Shown here one piece after another: positions 28,640-37,934 of a stretch of 49,465 bases of DNA. Numbering within the stretch: the first letter of the stretch is position 1; every line of letters begins with the position of its first letter. Origin of the DNA: Candidatus Adlerbacteria bacterium (GTDB taxonomy: Bacteria; Patescibacteriota; Minisyncoccia; Phycocordibacterales; SBAW01); the NCBI GenBank assembly GCA_903900775.1, contig CAIUOD010000004.1, positions 1-49,465 of the forward strand. The letters run 5' to 3'. Position numbers and translations under genes: made by a program. Under the pieces are notes generated by a model. The model was not told the DNA's origin, made no database searches, and was given only the letters and a program-made list of their open reading frames with translations.

Positions 28640-29272
28640 TTATCCGAGATGCGCGTGATCATTCCACACCCACAACCACCACGGCTTCTCCTTGCTCGCG
28701 TCATAACAAAAGACACTCAATCCGGTATTCTGCATATGGAGGCTTCGAACAAAATCCTGGCATGCGGGGGCATTGAGATCGTCACCCAAAATAGCGCGCG
28801 CCGCAAGCATGCGCATAAAAAATCCATGCGTTACCACCAACACTTCATCCTCTTCTCGCTCGGCAAGATAAACAAGCGCCTTGCGCGCCCGCTCGTTTAG
28901 ATCTTCAAAATTTTCTTCATCGGCGAAGTGATAACCCGGGATAGTAAAATTTTTATTAATTTCTTCTTGAGACGCGATGACCGCGGGGTCGCTCCGCGAT
29001 TTACCTCGAAGAGCGCTCGGCGCGCGCGCCTCGACGAATAAATCAGCATATTCGGGAGCCATTCCGATTTCTTGAGAAATCGCCAGAGCCGTCTCGCGAG
29101 CGCGCCGGTCGGTGCTTGAGACTAAAAATGTGATCGGGAGCGTGGCACAGCGCTTGGCTATAAAAGTTGCTTGCTGTGCCCCTCGCTCGGTGAGCGGATG
29201 GTCGGGGTGGCCGCGCAGACCGCCCACATTCCCCTCGCTCTCGCCATGCCGGACAAAATAAACTTTTTTCAT
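28640..29272 (-). CDS. Histidine phosphatase family protein (phosphoglycerate-mutase-like)
   Basis: ORF 28640..29296. MKKVYFVRHGESEGN carries the RHG motif, and VVTHG occurs later. Confidence 0.8.
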   Translation of the reverse strand: MKKVYFVRHGESEGNVGGLRGHPDHPLTERGAQQATFIAKRCATLPITFLVSSTDRRARETALAISQEIGMAPEYADLFVEARAPSALRGKSRSDPAVIASQEEINKNFTIPGYHFADEENFEDLNERARKALVYLAEREEDEVLVVTHGFFMRMLAARAILGDDLNAPACQDFVRSLHMQNTGLSVFCYDASKEKPWWLWVWNDHAHLG

Positions 29273-29352
29273 AGATATATAAATCGAGTATAGCACTTGG
29301 CCAAACGAAAAACCGCCCTCGGTTTCCCGAAGGCGGCTCTTCGCCTGCGCGA

Positions 29353-29550
29353 CTACGCGCGGGAGACGTTGACGGCGCTCAGGCCTTTCTCGCCGCTCTG
29401 AACTTCAAAGGTGACAGTGTCGCCTTGGCGAAGCTCATCGAACGTGACGCCATTGAGATCCTTGGAGTGGAAGAAGAGATCCTTCGCCTCGCCTTCGCGA
29501 GAGATGAATCCAAACCCCCGGTCCGTCAAAGTTTTTATGGTTCCGGTCAT
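29353..29550 (-). CDS. cspA: Cold-shock protein (CSD)
   Basis: 65 aa. GTIKTLTDRGFGFISREG...DLFFHSKDL. Long AT-rich leader upstream. Confidence 0.9.
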   Translation of the reverse strand: MTGTIKTLTDRGFGFISREGEAKDLFFHSKDLNGVTFDELRQGDTVTFEVQSGEKGLSAVNVSRA

Positions 29551-29762
29551 GCTTTTTTTGATTATATTTTTTTGCTCTTGAGAAATCCGACCGCTTTCTT
29601 TAGTCCTATAGACCCCCCTATCATAGCAGGTAATGCCCTGGCTGTCCAGGCGTTGTACACACCCCTATTTTAAGGGTTATTTAGGCGATTGAACTAGTAT
29701 AAAAAGTCGAAACCGCCAGCCCCTCGTGTGGGAACTGGCGGCTGAAGGTGGCCGAGCGTGGG

Positions 29763-30302
29763 CTAGACGAGCATCCCGCCCCAGCAAATGTGCTGCCCCA
29801 TCTTCTCTCCCGTCTTGGTGTTGCAGATCTCATCCCGCGCAGTGAACTGCCGGAACGTGCCCACCACGCTGTTCCGATAGACCAGACCGAGGTGGTTCGG
29901 ATGGGTGAAGATATACGGACCTCGGCCGCCGTAGAATCCTCCGCGGTATTGGGTGGCGAGCGCCAGCTTGAGCAGGGGGATGGTTTCCTTCTCGTACCAT
30001 CCCTCGTAGTGCATGATCCAGAGCATCTCCGTTGGCGGGATACCCTCGTTGAGAAGCATGATCCAGGTTCTTCCGGTGAAACTGCACCACTCGTCGAAAA
30101 GCCAGAAAGGATGGGCCGAATAGTCGTATTCTTTCCAGCCGCTTTTGTAGCGATGGGGATGAATCGCATTGGAAGGATCGCCCGTCGGATAGCCGAGGAG
30201 CATCCCCCTGCAAAAGACCTCCTCCATTTGCTTGAGCGTTTCGGTGTAAGGCGTGCCGCCGACCAGCGTACGTCCCAGATCAATTTCGTCCCAAGGTTTC
30301 AT
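29763..30302 (-). CDS. Hypothetical protein (Trp/Tyr/His-rich globular; possibly DUF5680-like)
   Basis: 179 aa. Chosen from four overlapping ORFs because its composition is protein-like, a GAGAGG RBS lies 6 nt upstream, and a terminator follows at 29699-29741. The family assignment is from memory only. Confidence 0.45.
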   Translation of the reverse strand: MKPWDEIDLGRTLVGGTPYTETLKQMEEVFCRGMLLGYPTGDPSNAIHPHRYKSGWKEYDYSAHPFWLFDEWCSFTGRTWIMLLNEGIPPTEMLWIMHYEGWYEKETIPLLKLALATQYRGGFYGGRGPYIFTHPNHLGLVYRNSVVGTFRQFTARDEICNTKTGEKMGQHICWGGMLV

Positions 30303-30363
30303 TTGAGCCTCTCGTTGTGAACGCCAGGCGACAGGTTACAACAGATTATTTAAAAAGTCGAGA

Positions 30364-30897
30364 TTAGAAATGCTCGGGGTTTTCGAGATGGATAAGCGCC
30401 ATCATGACTGCATTTTTATTCAACCCAGTGCGATTGGTACGACCTTTGGTAAATAATTCAATGAACCCTCCGTGCTCGCCTATTTTGTCCTGTTGAGTAA
30501 GACCAGCGGATTTCGCAGCCTGACTCCCATCAAGACCCTCGTTCAAAATAAGATCGATAACTTTTTGCGGCCACTCGAACGCCTGCGATAATCCTAGATG
30601 AATTTGTTTGCCGTCAAAAATCGCACAGACGGCAACTTCCATATAGCCCGTTTTGGTCTGGGGCACCTCCATCAATCCGCCTTCGATGCCAAAGCCATAG
30701 TCGCGGCCCACTTGCGCCTGCTTGGCACGCGCCGCCGCGCCCGCGACCGTCTCACCCAAACTTTTGGGGTGGCCGAACTCTTCAATCTCTACCACTACAC
30801 CCTCAACTTCCGCCCCCGCAAACAGCGGGTAGTCTTTTAAAATCTCCGCCACCGCTTCAACCTTTGTTTTATTTTTAGACCCCACGCCGACTTTCAT
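30364..30897 (-). CDS. Inosine/xanthosine triphosphatase (YjjX/DUF84 NTPase)
   Basis: ORF 30364..30930. MKVGVGSKNKTKVEAVAEILKDYP... matches the YjjX N-terminal G-S-x-N-x-x-K motif. Confidence 0.65.
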   Translation of the reverse strand: MKVGVGSKNKTKVEAVAEILKDYPLFAGAEVEGVVVEIEEFGHPKSLGETVAGAAARAKQAQVGRDYGFGIEGGLMEVPQTKTGYMEVAVCAIFDGKQIHLGLSQAFEWPQKVIDLILNEGLDGSQAAKSAGLTQQDKIGEHGGFIELFTKGRTNRTGLNKNAVMMALIHLENPEHF

Positions 30898-30956
30898 ATA
30901 AAGGAGTGTATCAGAACTTCTCCACGGCAAAAACCGCGATTTGCTATAGTGCCTAT

Positions 30957-31454
30957 ATGGAGACCCCGCAGGAAGAGCAAAAGATCAAGCGCTATTTTGA
31001 GATAAGCATATTGGTGAAAGGCGCTATTTCGCTCGCCGAGGTATTAGGTGGCCTGCTCGTGCTCGTAGTGCCACCGGCGCTTTTGACTGGTTGGATTATC
31101 TCTGCCTCAAACACCGAGCTCATCGAAGACCCAGGCGATTTTGTCGCCACCCATTCGCTCGCCATAGCCCAGCAATTCGCGGTCACGAGCGGGACCGTCA
31201 TCGCCGTCTATCTACTCACGCGCGGGCTCATTAAGCTCGCGCTCGTGCTGGCGCTTTTAAAAAACAAATTATGGGCCTATCCCGCCTCGCTCGTGGTGCT
31301 CGGCCTCTTTATCGTCTACCAGCTCTACGAACTCTTGGTCAAATTCTCTTCAATCATCCTCACCATCACCATCTTCGATCTCATCGTTGTCTACTTTATC
31401 TGGCGCGAATATGTCATCATCCGCGAACACCTGCGAGGGCAGGCAGTAGATTAA
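30957..31454 (+). CDS. DUF2127-like membrane protein
   Basis: ORF 30906..31454. From the ATG at 30957: ...KRYFEISILVKGAISLAEVLGGLLVLVVPP, 4 TM. Confidence 0.55.
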   Translation: METPQEEQKIKRYFEISILVKGAISLAEVLGGLLVLVVPPALLTGWIISASNTELIEDPGDFVATHSLAIAQQFAVTSGTVIAVYLLTRGLIKLALVLALLKNKLWAYPASLVVLGLFIVYQLYELLVKFSSIILTITIFDLIVVYFIWREYVIIREHLRGQAVD

Positions 31455-31460
31455 TTCGGT

Positions 31461-32264
31461 TTACTGTGCCACCAAGGTCGTGCCTTGGACGCGCAGATAT
31501 TTACTCACGCCGACAGAAGGTTGCGCGGTCATCGGCTCATTGGGCTTGCGGTCGGCATAGTTAACGATGAGTTGACCATCTTTAATTTCGGTCGTCTGCG
31601 GAGCGATACGGTCGCCGAGCAAAACCGCGTTGGTCCCTTGATATCCTTGCACCTCTTTAAGCGCGGCAACTACATAATAGAACGTCCCGCTCCCGCCACC
31701 GCTCTGCGTGAAGATAAAAGCAACATCCGGCACGCCGTCGCCATTGAGGTCGCCCACGGCTTCGTTGCCAAAATAGACGGCGTCTTTATACTCTGCCGAC
31801 ACAGGGCCACCGCTAAAAATCGAGAAGGTGATATCGCAAGGACATTTGACCGGCTCGTTCGCGCCGCCGCCGTGGAAGACGGTGTGATACGCGATGATGA
31901 TGCGTGTGTCTCCTTTTTTATACGCCATGACTTCGGCCCCCGGGCCGCCCGCCTCAAGCGTGATGTCCGGGCTCCAGCCGAGCGCGAGCAATTTATTTTT
32001 GTAGTACTCGTCAAAAGGCGTCGAGATGGCCGACAAATTAGAGATATTCGAGATAGTCTGCGACTCGACGATGTAGCCCACAAACGACGAGCTTGTGGTT
32101 GCCTCTTCGGCGCCCCATACAAGGCCGTTGTAGAGCGGATACACATCTGCCGAGAGATTATTCACCGCCGCAGGAGCCGGGTTCAGGTGTTTGGGCCCAT
32201 AGAGATACATCCCTCCGGCGACAACAAGCAGGACGAGCACGGCAACCGGCAGGTAAGTTTTCAT
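31461..32264 (-). CDS. Secreted hypothetical protein (contains an FG-GAP-like GDLNGDGVPDVAFIF motif)
   Basis: 267 aa. N-terminal TM/signal peptide MKTYLPVAVLVLLVVAGGMYLY. It is the last gene of the minus-strand secreted-protein cluster. Confidence 0.55.
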   Translation of the reverse strand: MKTYLPVAVLVLLVVAGGMYLYGPKHLNPAPAAVNNLSADVYPLYNGLVWGAEEATTSSSFVGYIVESQTISNISNLSAISTPFDEYYKNKLLALGWSPDITLEAGGPGAEVMAYKKGDTRIIIAYHTVFHGGGANEPVKCPCDITFSIFSGGPVSAEYKDAVYFGNEAVGDLNGDGVPDVAFIFTQSGGGSGTFYYVVAALKEVQGYQGTNAVLLGDRIAPQTTEIKDGQLIVNYADRKPNEPMTAQPSVGVSKYLRVQGTTLVAQ

Positions 32265-32290
32265 ATGTCCAGCTTACACCATACCAAACA

Positions 32291-32710
32291 CTACCAATGA
32301 AAGAGCTTCGCGAACCAATTCATAAAATTATTCATGAAGCCGCGACTTTTTTGTGGTGTCGTGCTCCCCTGCTGCCAGGTGTGCACTTGGTAGCCGCTCG
32401 AGGTTGCCGTGACCGAGACACCAACACCACCGTGCGTGGTGTAGTTCTCTTCGTGTGTCGTACCGTTCGTTACTGTTTTAATATGCACCGTCGAGCTGCT
32501 CTGGTTCTGATCTCCGGTTATTGTCTCTGTATCGACCTCGGCGCTCGTGTTGCCAGTTGTGATGGTGGTGCCGGGAGCGGCGTCATTGCCGCCCGTGTCA
32601 GACGACGCCTCGGTATACGACGTGATATTTGCATGCGCACTCATCGGTAGGAGTGCCACGAGCGCGAGGGTCAAAACAATTTTAGAGTGTGCGTTCAATC
32701 TCTTGTTCAT
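32291..32710 (-). CDS. Small secreted Thr/Ser/Gly-rich protein (degenerate TG-N...TTGN repeat)
   Basis: ORF 32291..32947. The signal peptide starts at MNKRLNAHSKIVLTLALVALLPMSAHA (ATG at 32708-32710). The start lies 9 nt after the stop of the large protein. Confidence 0.6.
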   Translation of the reverse strand: MNKRLNAHSKIVLTLALVALLPMSAHANITSYTEASSDTGGNDAAPGTTITTGNTSAEVDTETITGDQNQSSSTVHIKTVTNGTTHEENYTTHGGVGVSVTATSSGYQVHTWQQGSTTPQKSRGFMNNFMNWFAKLFHW

Positions 32711-32718
32711 AGTAATAG

Positions 32719-35631
32719 TTAGTGCAGCCACGCCGAGAAGACGTTGCCCAACATTTGCCAAGCACCCTTGGTCTGCGGCTTCACCGTAGGCGCGTTCTGC
32801 TCTACCAAAGTGGGTTTCGGTGTAGGTGTTTGAGCGACATTTTGTTTCGTAGATTTTGGTGTAACCGTTTTGCGCGGCTTGGTGGCCACTATCACCTGCC
32901 CTACTGGCCGAGCTGACGTGATGGTTGAGAGTGGCGCCGCACCGCATCCCAGCGCGTTAATTTTTTGCAAGGTCAGAGAGTAGACCAGCCCCGTGGGCGC
33001 AGTGAGCCCCATGGGTGCTAGGATGTCGCTCGCATAAGCGCGCTGGAAATTTTTCACGGCCGTCGTGGTGAGCGGCCCGAAGTATCCGGTTGTGGGTAGA
33101 TTGGTCGCCTGCGTCGCATTGAGGAATTGCTGGAGCCGCAACACATCCGCTGCGTTGTTCGACTTCCCCGGCCGGAGATAATTCCAAATCAACGGCTGAC
33201 AAGATAGTGCATCCGCGAGCGGCACAATATTTGCTGTCGTAGTTGCGGTCGTCGTTGCAACTGATAGCCCCGAAGATAAGAGATACACATCGCTCGTCGC
33301 TCCGACGGGAGAGATCTGCGAACCGAAGGTTACCGACGGTGCGCCCATGAGCCCGCTCACGCTCGCGACGTTGTGATAGAGCCCGGGCAGAGTCGAAGAT
33401 GCATAGGCGACCGTATAGGTGAGTGTTATCTCATCGCCTGGCGCCACCGTGTCGAGATTCCATGAGTTGTTGTACATAACCGCGCCCGAGGGGTCGGTGA
33501 GCGTATCGGTGAGCACACCACCGTAGAGAGGGCCTCCGTCTTTTGCATCACGCACGACGACCGTGTAATTAACCGAGCTCGAAGCAGTGGTGGTGCCGAT
33601 GTTCGCAACCTTCTCAACGGTAATTTTTGGATTCGGGGTCGTCGCAGAACTGTTAAAAAGAATACCGCCGCCCCCACCACCGCCTCCGCCACCACCTCCC
33701 GTGCCACCAGTGCCATTGTTCGTTTGTGGCGCGGGCGACGAAACAACGATAGTAACGTTTTCAGTATTGTCAGCGAGATTGCTGTCACCCTGGTCGCCCG
33801 AGATCGTTGCGGTGAGCGGGATGGTCAGCGTGGTACCGACTGGTAGCTGGGGCACATGTGCAGTGAAGCTAAAGTCGTGCGACTCTCCATGCGCAATAGT
33901 GCCGAGATTCCACGCCACGCCCGTGTCGGTCGAAGAGGCAGCCGGGTCGCCAAAGGTAAGTGTGCCCTGGTCGAAGTCGGCCTTCAGCATGACATTCGTC
34001 GCATCAACGCTCCCGTGGTTGGCGACCGTGAAGACATAGGTCACATCCGAGTCGGGTGGGGTCGGATTGGGTGTTTGTGCAACCGCACCAATCCACAAGT
34101 CGGGTTCGCCGAAGACGATATTGCCGGCCCAATTGCCGAAGATGTTGAATATAGCAAGTATCCAGTTGCGGCCGACGACGTTGGTGTTGACCATGTTGAC
34201 GACATTGGCAACCGCATAAGCATTGCCGGTGTCGACGGTCGAGGTGCCGGTGTCTGACGTCGCTTGGTTATTACCGGTGAGCGCGTACACATGTACATCA
34301 TTGTTCAGTGTCGCGGTGTTGGTGGAGGAGGCGACAAACGACGAGGAGTTGTAACACGGACCGCCGACCAGCGTGTGATTCGCATATTGGCAATCAGTGC
34401 CCTGCGTTGAATCGGAACTCGTCGCATTGGCGCTCACGAGCTCGACGCCATCGGGCGTTTGTTGCCAGAGGATGCCGGGCGGGAGCCCTTGGACCGTGCC
34501 CGTCCAATTGCCCCACACGCGAAAGAGCATGAAGACTGAAGCACCGCCAAGCAAGTTGGTATTTTCTTGATTGAAGGTGTTTGCCATCGTATAGGCATTG
34601 CCGGTTGTCACGTCTCCCGTGCTCGTCGCACTGGAGGTGGAGGCGGTGTTGTCGCCGGTTAGAGCATCCGCCGTGGTTGAAGCGGTTGTGGTGCCAAGGT
34701 TGGTATTATTGGCGGTATAGGAGCTCGAATTCATCTGCGGCAGGGCGCCGCCTTGAGCGAAAAGTTTTTGGAAGAAATCCGCACCCGGCAGGACAATGTT
34801 TTTCATGAGGTCACCAAAGTTGTTGAACGAGACCAAAAGATAGCTCGAGTTGACGATGTTGGTGTTGACGAGATTGAGCACGTTGGCCGCGGCATAGGCA
34901 TCGCCCGTCGCGATTGAAGCATTGCTGGTGGAGGAAGCGGCGTTGTCGCCGCTCGAGGCTCGCACTAATACCGAGTTAGTTACCGTCGCATTGTTGGTAT
35001 TGTCGACATTCACCTGGCTACTGTTGAGGCACGTCAGTATGGTGCAGGGCTGGCTTACTGTGCCGAGGTTGGGTGCCGCGCTAGCACCGGGACTACCGTC
35101 TAGGAAATAAGAGAGGTCGTACTGGTTCAGGTCGAGGCCGCCGCCGAAGAGTTGGTTGAGAAAGAGAATGAGACCACTGGAGTTAAAGAGATTGGTGTTA
35201 ACGACATTAATCACATTTGCCGTGGCGAGAGCATTGCCAGTCGCTATGGTGTTGGTAGCATTCCCACCCAGGACCGAGTTGTTGCCCGTGGTTGCCGTCG
35301 AGGAAGCCGTGCTGGATAAGTCACCCACACTGGTCGACGAAGCGAGGAGCGATGAAGAATTCGATTCACCCGGTTGATCGGGGTTTGTCGTATTGGTATT
35401 GAGTTCGTTATCAACGGTGCTGGTCGCAATCGCCTCCCCCGTTGAGATGGTGCCGCCGGTGGTCGTCGCCGTGCCGCCAGTGCCATCGGTCGAGGTTGCC
35501 ACTGCCGACTGCTGTGGCGTCGAGGTTGCCGCGTCGTCGGCGCGCACGGTATGCGTCGAACCAATACTCACGAGCACAAGCAACATGCCGGCTAGCAAAC
35601 CCACCAAGCGCACTGTTTGTTTGTGATTCAT
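32719..35631 (-). CDS. Large secreted surface protein: five TG-x-A/NTN repeats, two DUF11-like Ig-fold domains, a poly-Gly linker and a C-terminal peptidoglycan-binding domain
   Basis: ORF 32719..35655. The likely start is MNHKQTVRLVGLLAGMLLVLVSIG (ATG at 35629-35631). Repeats include ATGNALATANVINVVNTN, ATGDAYAAANVLNLVNTN, TTGNAYTMANTFNQENTN and DTGNAYAVANVVNMVNTN. TYVFTVANHGSVDATNV is DUF11-like. There is a G14 run. LRLQQFLNATQATNLPTTGYFGPLTTTAVKNFQ is PG_binding_1-like. Confidence 0.75.
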   Translation of the reverse strand: MNHKQTVRLVGLLAGMLLVLVSIGSTHTVRADDAATSTPQQSAVATSTDGTGGTATTTGGTISTGEAIATSTVDNELNTNTTNPDQPGESNSSSLLASSTSVGDLSSTASSTATTGNNSVLGGNATNTIATGNALATANVINVVNTNLFNSSGLILFLNQLFGGGLDLNQYDLSYFLDGSPGASAAPNLGTVSQPCTILTCLNSSQVNVDNTNNATVTNSVLVRASSGDNAASSTSNASIATGDAYAAANVLNLVNTNIVNSSYLLVSFNNFGDLMKNIVLPGADFFQKLFAQGGALPQMNSSSYTANNTNLGTTTASTTADALTGDNTASTSSATSTGDVTTGNAYTMANTFNQENTNLLGGASVFMLFRVWGNWTGTVQGLPPGILWQQTPDGVELVSANATSSDSTQGTDCQYANHTLVGGPCYNSSSFVASSTNTATLNNDVHVYALTGNNQATSDTGTSTVDTGNAYAVANVVNMVNTNVVGRNWILAIFNIFGNWAGNIVFGEPDLWIGAVAQTPNPTPPDSDVTYVFTVANHGSVDATNVMLKADFDQGTLTFGDPAASSTDTGVAWNLGTIAHGESHDFSFTAHVPQLPVGTTLTIPLTATISGDQGDSNLADNTENVTIVVSSPAPQTNNGTGGTGGGGGGGGGGGGILFNSSATTPNPKITVEKVANIGTTTASSSVNYTVVVRDAKDGGPLYGGVLTDTLTDPSGAVMYNNSWNLDTVAPGDEITLTYTVAYASSTLPGLYHNVASVSGLMGAPSVTFGSQISPVGATSDVYLLSSGLSVATTTATTTANIVPLADALSCQPLIWNYLRPGKSNNAADVLRLQQFLNATQATNLPTTGYFGPLTTTAVKNFQRAYASDILAPMGLTAPTGLVYSLTLQKINALGCGAAPLSTITSARPVGQVIVATKPRKTVTPKSTKQNVAQTPTPKPTLVEQNAPTVKPQTKGAWQMLGNVFSAWLH

Positions 35632-35747
35632 AGTGATAGAAGTGATAATGATCATAAAGCCGCCACCCTCAAGACAACCCTCATCGCCGCAAGGTTCTCC
35701 CGAGGGCGGGAATCCTGGATAAAGGACTCCCGATCCTCGAAGGAGGA

Positions 35748-36416
35748 CTAAAGGTGCACGCGAGTGAAGTTCGTGTTGACTACATTCACCGTGCCAGAAT
35801 TGGTGGTCGCTGTGCCAGTCCTGATGGCACCGCCGTTGCCGCTGTTTCCACCGGTTCCACCGTTGCCGCCCATGGCAGCACCGTTGTTGCCGGACCCAGA
35901 ACCGCTCGTGACATCGCCGGCCGAGCCGCCGCTACCCGCGGTGCTACCCGACGCTTTGTTCTTGCCCGTGGTCGCTTTTGCGGTCGTCATGTTATCGATG
36001 GCACCCGTGCTGGTGCCGCCGACCGCAAGGCTCGAGCTGTTCATGTTGCCGCTGGGGCCAATCACTGTCGCGTTGGTGTTAGCAACGTTCAGCGTGACCG
36101 CATTTGCCGAGGCATTGCCCGAAGCAACGTACCCGCCCGAGGAAGACGAGCCGCCATTGCCGCCATTGCCCGCTGCCGCCCCACCGTTGTTACCCGAGCC
36201 CGAACCAGCTTTGACATCGCCACCACTACCACCCTTACCTGCCGTGCTGCCACCAGCCATGTTGCCGCCCGTGCTTGAGGAGGAGGAGGTAGTGTTGCTA
36301 ATCGTGCCGCTGTTGGTGTTGGAGATGACTATAGAGCTGCTGTTCATGTCAGCAAACGCGAAGCTCGCCGGGGCAAGCATCGCAAGCATGGTTGCCGCTG
36401 CAATAATTTTTTTCAT
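35748..36416 (-). CDS. Secreted Gly/Asn/Ser-rich protein with two copies of the same repeat
   Basis: ORF 35748..36509. Signal peptide MKKIIAAATMLAMLAPASFAFA (ATG at 36414-36416). Repeats are ...ASGNASANAVTLNVANTN... and ...RTGTATTNSGTVNVVNTN.... Confidence 0.65.
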   Translation of the reverse strand: MKKIIAAATMLAMLAPASFAFADMNSSSIVISNTNSGTISNTTSSSSSTGGNMAGGSTAGKGGSGGDVKAGSGSGNNGGAAAGNGGNGGSSSSGGYVASGNASANAVTLNVANTNATVIGPSGNMNSSSLAVGGTSTGAIDNMTTAKATTGKNKASGSTAGSGGSAGDVTSGSGSGNNGAAMGGNGGTGGNSGNGGAIRTGTATTNSGTVNVVNTNFTRVHL

Positions 36417-36753
36417 ACGTGTGTTTAATTGATGTTGTGTTGGTAAGTGCCTCCCCGCCAAGGCGAGGCGTGCACATTGCCAGGTATCGACCGACCCCGG
36501 GTGGACCATTTGGTGTAGTCCACGGCAAAACTTATTTATCCCTAAGTTTTACCGTGCACTCCACTCGTTTTATTAATGAATATGGAAACATTCTGTTGCT
36601 GTTCTGCTGATGAAAGATAAGCGGGAGTCGCTGAAGAAAAGGTGAAACGAATGTATGCTTCACACATATGGAAAAAGGATGAACGGTGCGACACCGGGTC
36701 AACGAATCCTTACCTTCATCCAAAAAACAAGGGGCGAGGCTATCATATCGCGC

Positions 36754-37230
36754 ATGAACACCTCTACCACGTGGATATGGGCGGCTATTGTAGTGATTGT
36801 GCTCGGCGCCGGTTGGTATTGGTATGCAAGCTCTTCTGCCCCGAACCGTGAGGCACAAGTCGGCACCAGCGACACGGGTAATACTGCTGTTGACGCCAAC
36901 GCCTCAAGCACCGCGACGACTTCAGCCACCGTTACTTTCGCAAACGGCAGTTTCTCCCCCTCGAGCGTGACCATCGCCGCGGGCGGCACGGTGCGCTTTG
37001 TGAATGAGAGTAACGGCCAGATGTGGATCGCCTCAAACCCGCATCCCGTCCATACCGGGTACGACGGCACCGCCGAGGCACAGCACTGCGCGCAGGACTA
37101 CGCAGGGCCTTCGCCATTTGACCAATGCTCGGCGGGTAACAATTTTAGCTTTACCTTCACCAAAGTGGGCTCGTGGGGTTACCACAACCATGCCAACCCC
37201 GGCATAGGGGGTACCGTCGTGGTGCAATAA
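36754..37230 (+). CDS. Membrane-anchored cupredoxin-like domain protein
   Basis: ORF 36655..37230. From the ATG at 36754: MNTSTTWIWAAIVVIVLGAGWYWY, then VTFANGSFSPSSVTIAAGGTVRFVNESNGQMWIASNPHPVH...FSFTFTKVGSWGYHNHANPGIGGTVVV. Confidence 0.6.
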   Translation: MNTSTTWIWAAIVVIVLGAGWYWYASSSAPNREAQVGTSDTGNTAVDANASSTATTSATVTFANGSFSPSSVTIAAGGTVRFVNESNGQMWIASNPHPVHTGYDGTAEAQHCAQDYAGPSPFDQCSAGNNFSFTFTKVGSWGYHNHANPGIGGTVVVQ

Positions 37231-37848
37231 TTATTTTGCCGTATCTTCTTTAATCATCTTAATGATCTCGGGGAAGGTCGGCACGGTAAAATGCCCGCCC
37301 TTGCTTTTGTAGATCACGATGTGCGCCTTGGGGAGCTTGACTCGATACTTCTCGGCATGCGTGGCAGGCACGACGTCGTCATCCCCCGAGAAAAGCAGGT
37401 GGAGATTTCTGCAGTTTTGCGGGAGCAAAGATAAATCTTTCTTCAGCTCAAAGCCGCCGACTAAATCCTCACCTGGGCACGTGTCGTCAAACGGCGCACA
37501 TACGAGATATACCGAGAGCGCCTTCTTGGGTAATTTATTTTCAGACAGATATTTTGCCAAAAAAATGCCCCCAAGCGAGTTGCCTACCAAGATAAACTTT
37601 CCCGAAAGCAACGGCACATACCGCTCAAACAAAATCTTCCAATCGCGATATTTTGCATTCTCGGAGAGCGGCATGCGCGGGCTGATGACCTCAAAACTCC
37701 CGCCCAAACTTTTGACAAGATATTCGCGACTCCAAGAACTTTTGCCGGCAAGTGAAACCTCTTTGGTCTTTAAATAGTGTAGGTAATCCTTCTCGTTTTT
37801 AAACGTCATCCCGCCGTGGATCATCAGTATTTGTGGCTTCTTTTTCAT
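37231..37848 (-). CDS. Alpha/beta hydrolase (YdeN/RBBP9-like serine hydrolase)
   Basis: ORF 37231..38040. The real start is MKKKPQILMIHGG (ATG at 37846-37848). Nucleophile elbow VGNSLGG. The gene is visibly lower in GC than its neighbours. Confidence 0.7.
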   Translation of the reverse strand: MKKKPQILMIHGGMTFKNEKDYLHYLKTKEVSLAGKSSWSREYLVKSLGGSFEVISPRMPLSENAKYRDWKILFERYVPLLSGKFILVGNSLGGIFLAKYLSENKLPKKALSVYLVCAPFDDTCPGEDLVGGFELKKDLSLLPQNCRNLHLLFSGDDDVVPATHAEKYRVKLPKAHIVIYKSKGGHFTVPTFPEIIKMIKEDTAK

Positions 37849-37880
37849 ATATATTAGTTTACCCCTAAAGACATCTCGGC

Positions 37881-37920
37881 AAAAAAGCTTCGAGGCCGCC
37901 ACTGAAGAAGTGGCGGCCTC
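37881..37920 (-). terminator. Rho-independent terminator (minus strand)
   Basis: Stem gaggccgccac/gtggcggcctc with loop tgaagaa. The T-run on the minus strand corresponds to plus-strand aaaaaa at 37881-37886. Confidence 0.7.
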
Positions 37921-37934
37921 GTCGGGGACTGCGG

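Noticed and set aside
29681-30320. Four mutually overlapping ORFs (two per strand), considered as a possible overlapping-gene locus.
   Set aside because: Only the 179-aa minus-strand frame (29763-30302) has globular composition, an RBS and a terminator. The others are Arg/Ser/Pro-rich shadows.
33641-33712. Poly-Gly coding run (G14), considered as a slippage-prone or phase-variable tract or a CRISPR-like repeat.
   Set aside because: The nucleotide sequence uses mixed Gly codons and is not a homopolymer or simple repeat. No spacer-repeat periodicity exists anywhere in the window.
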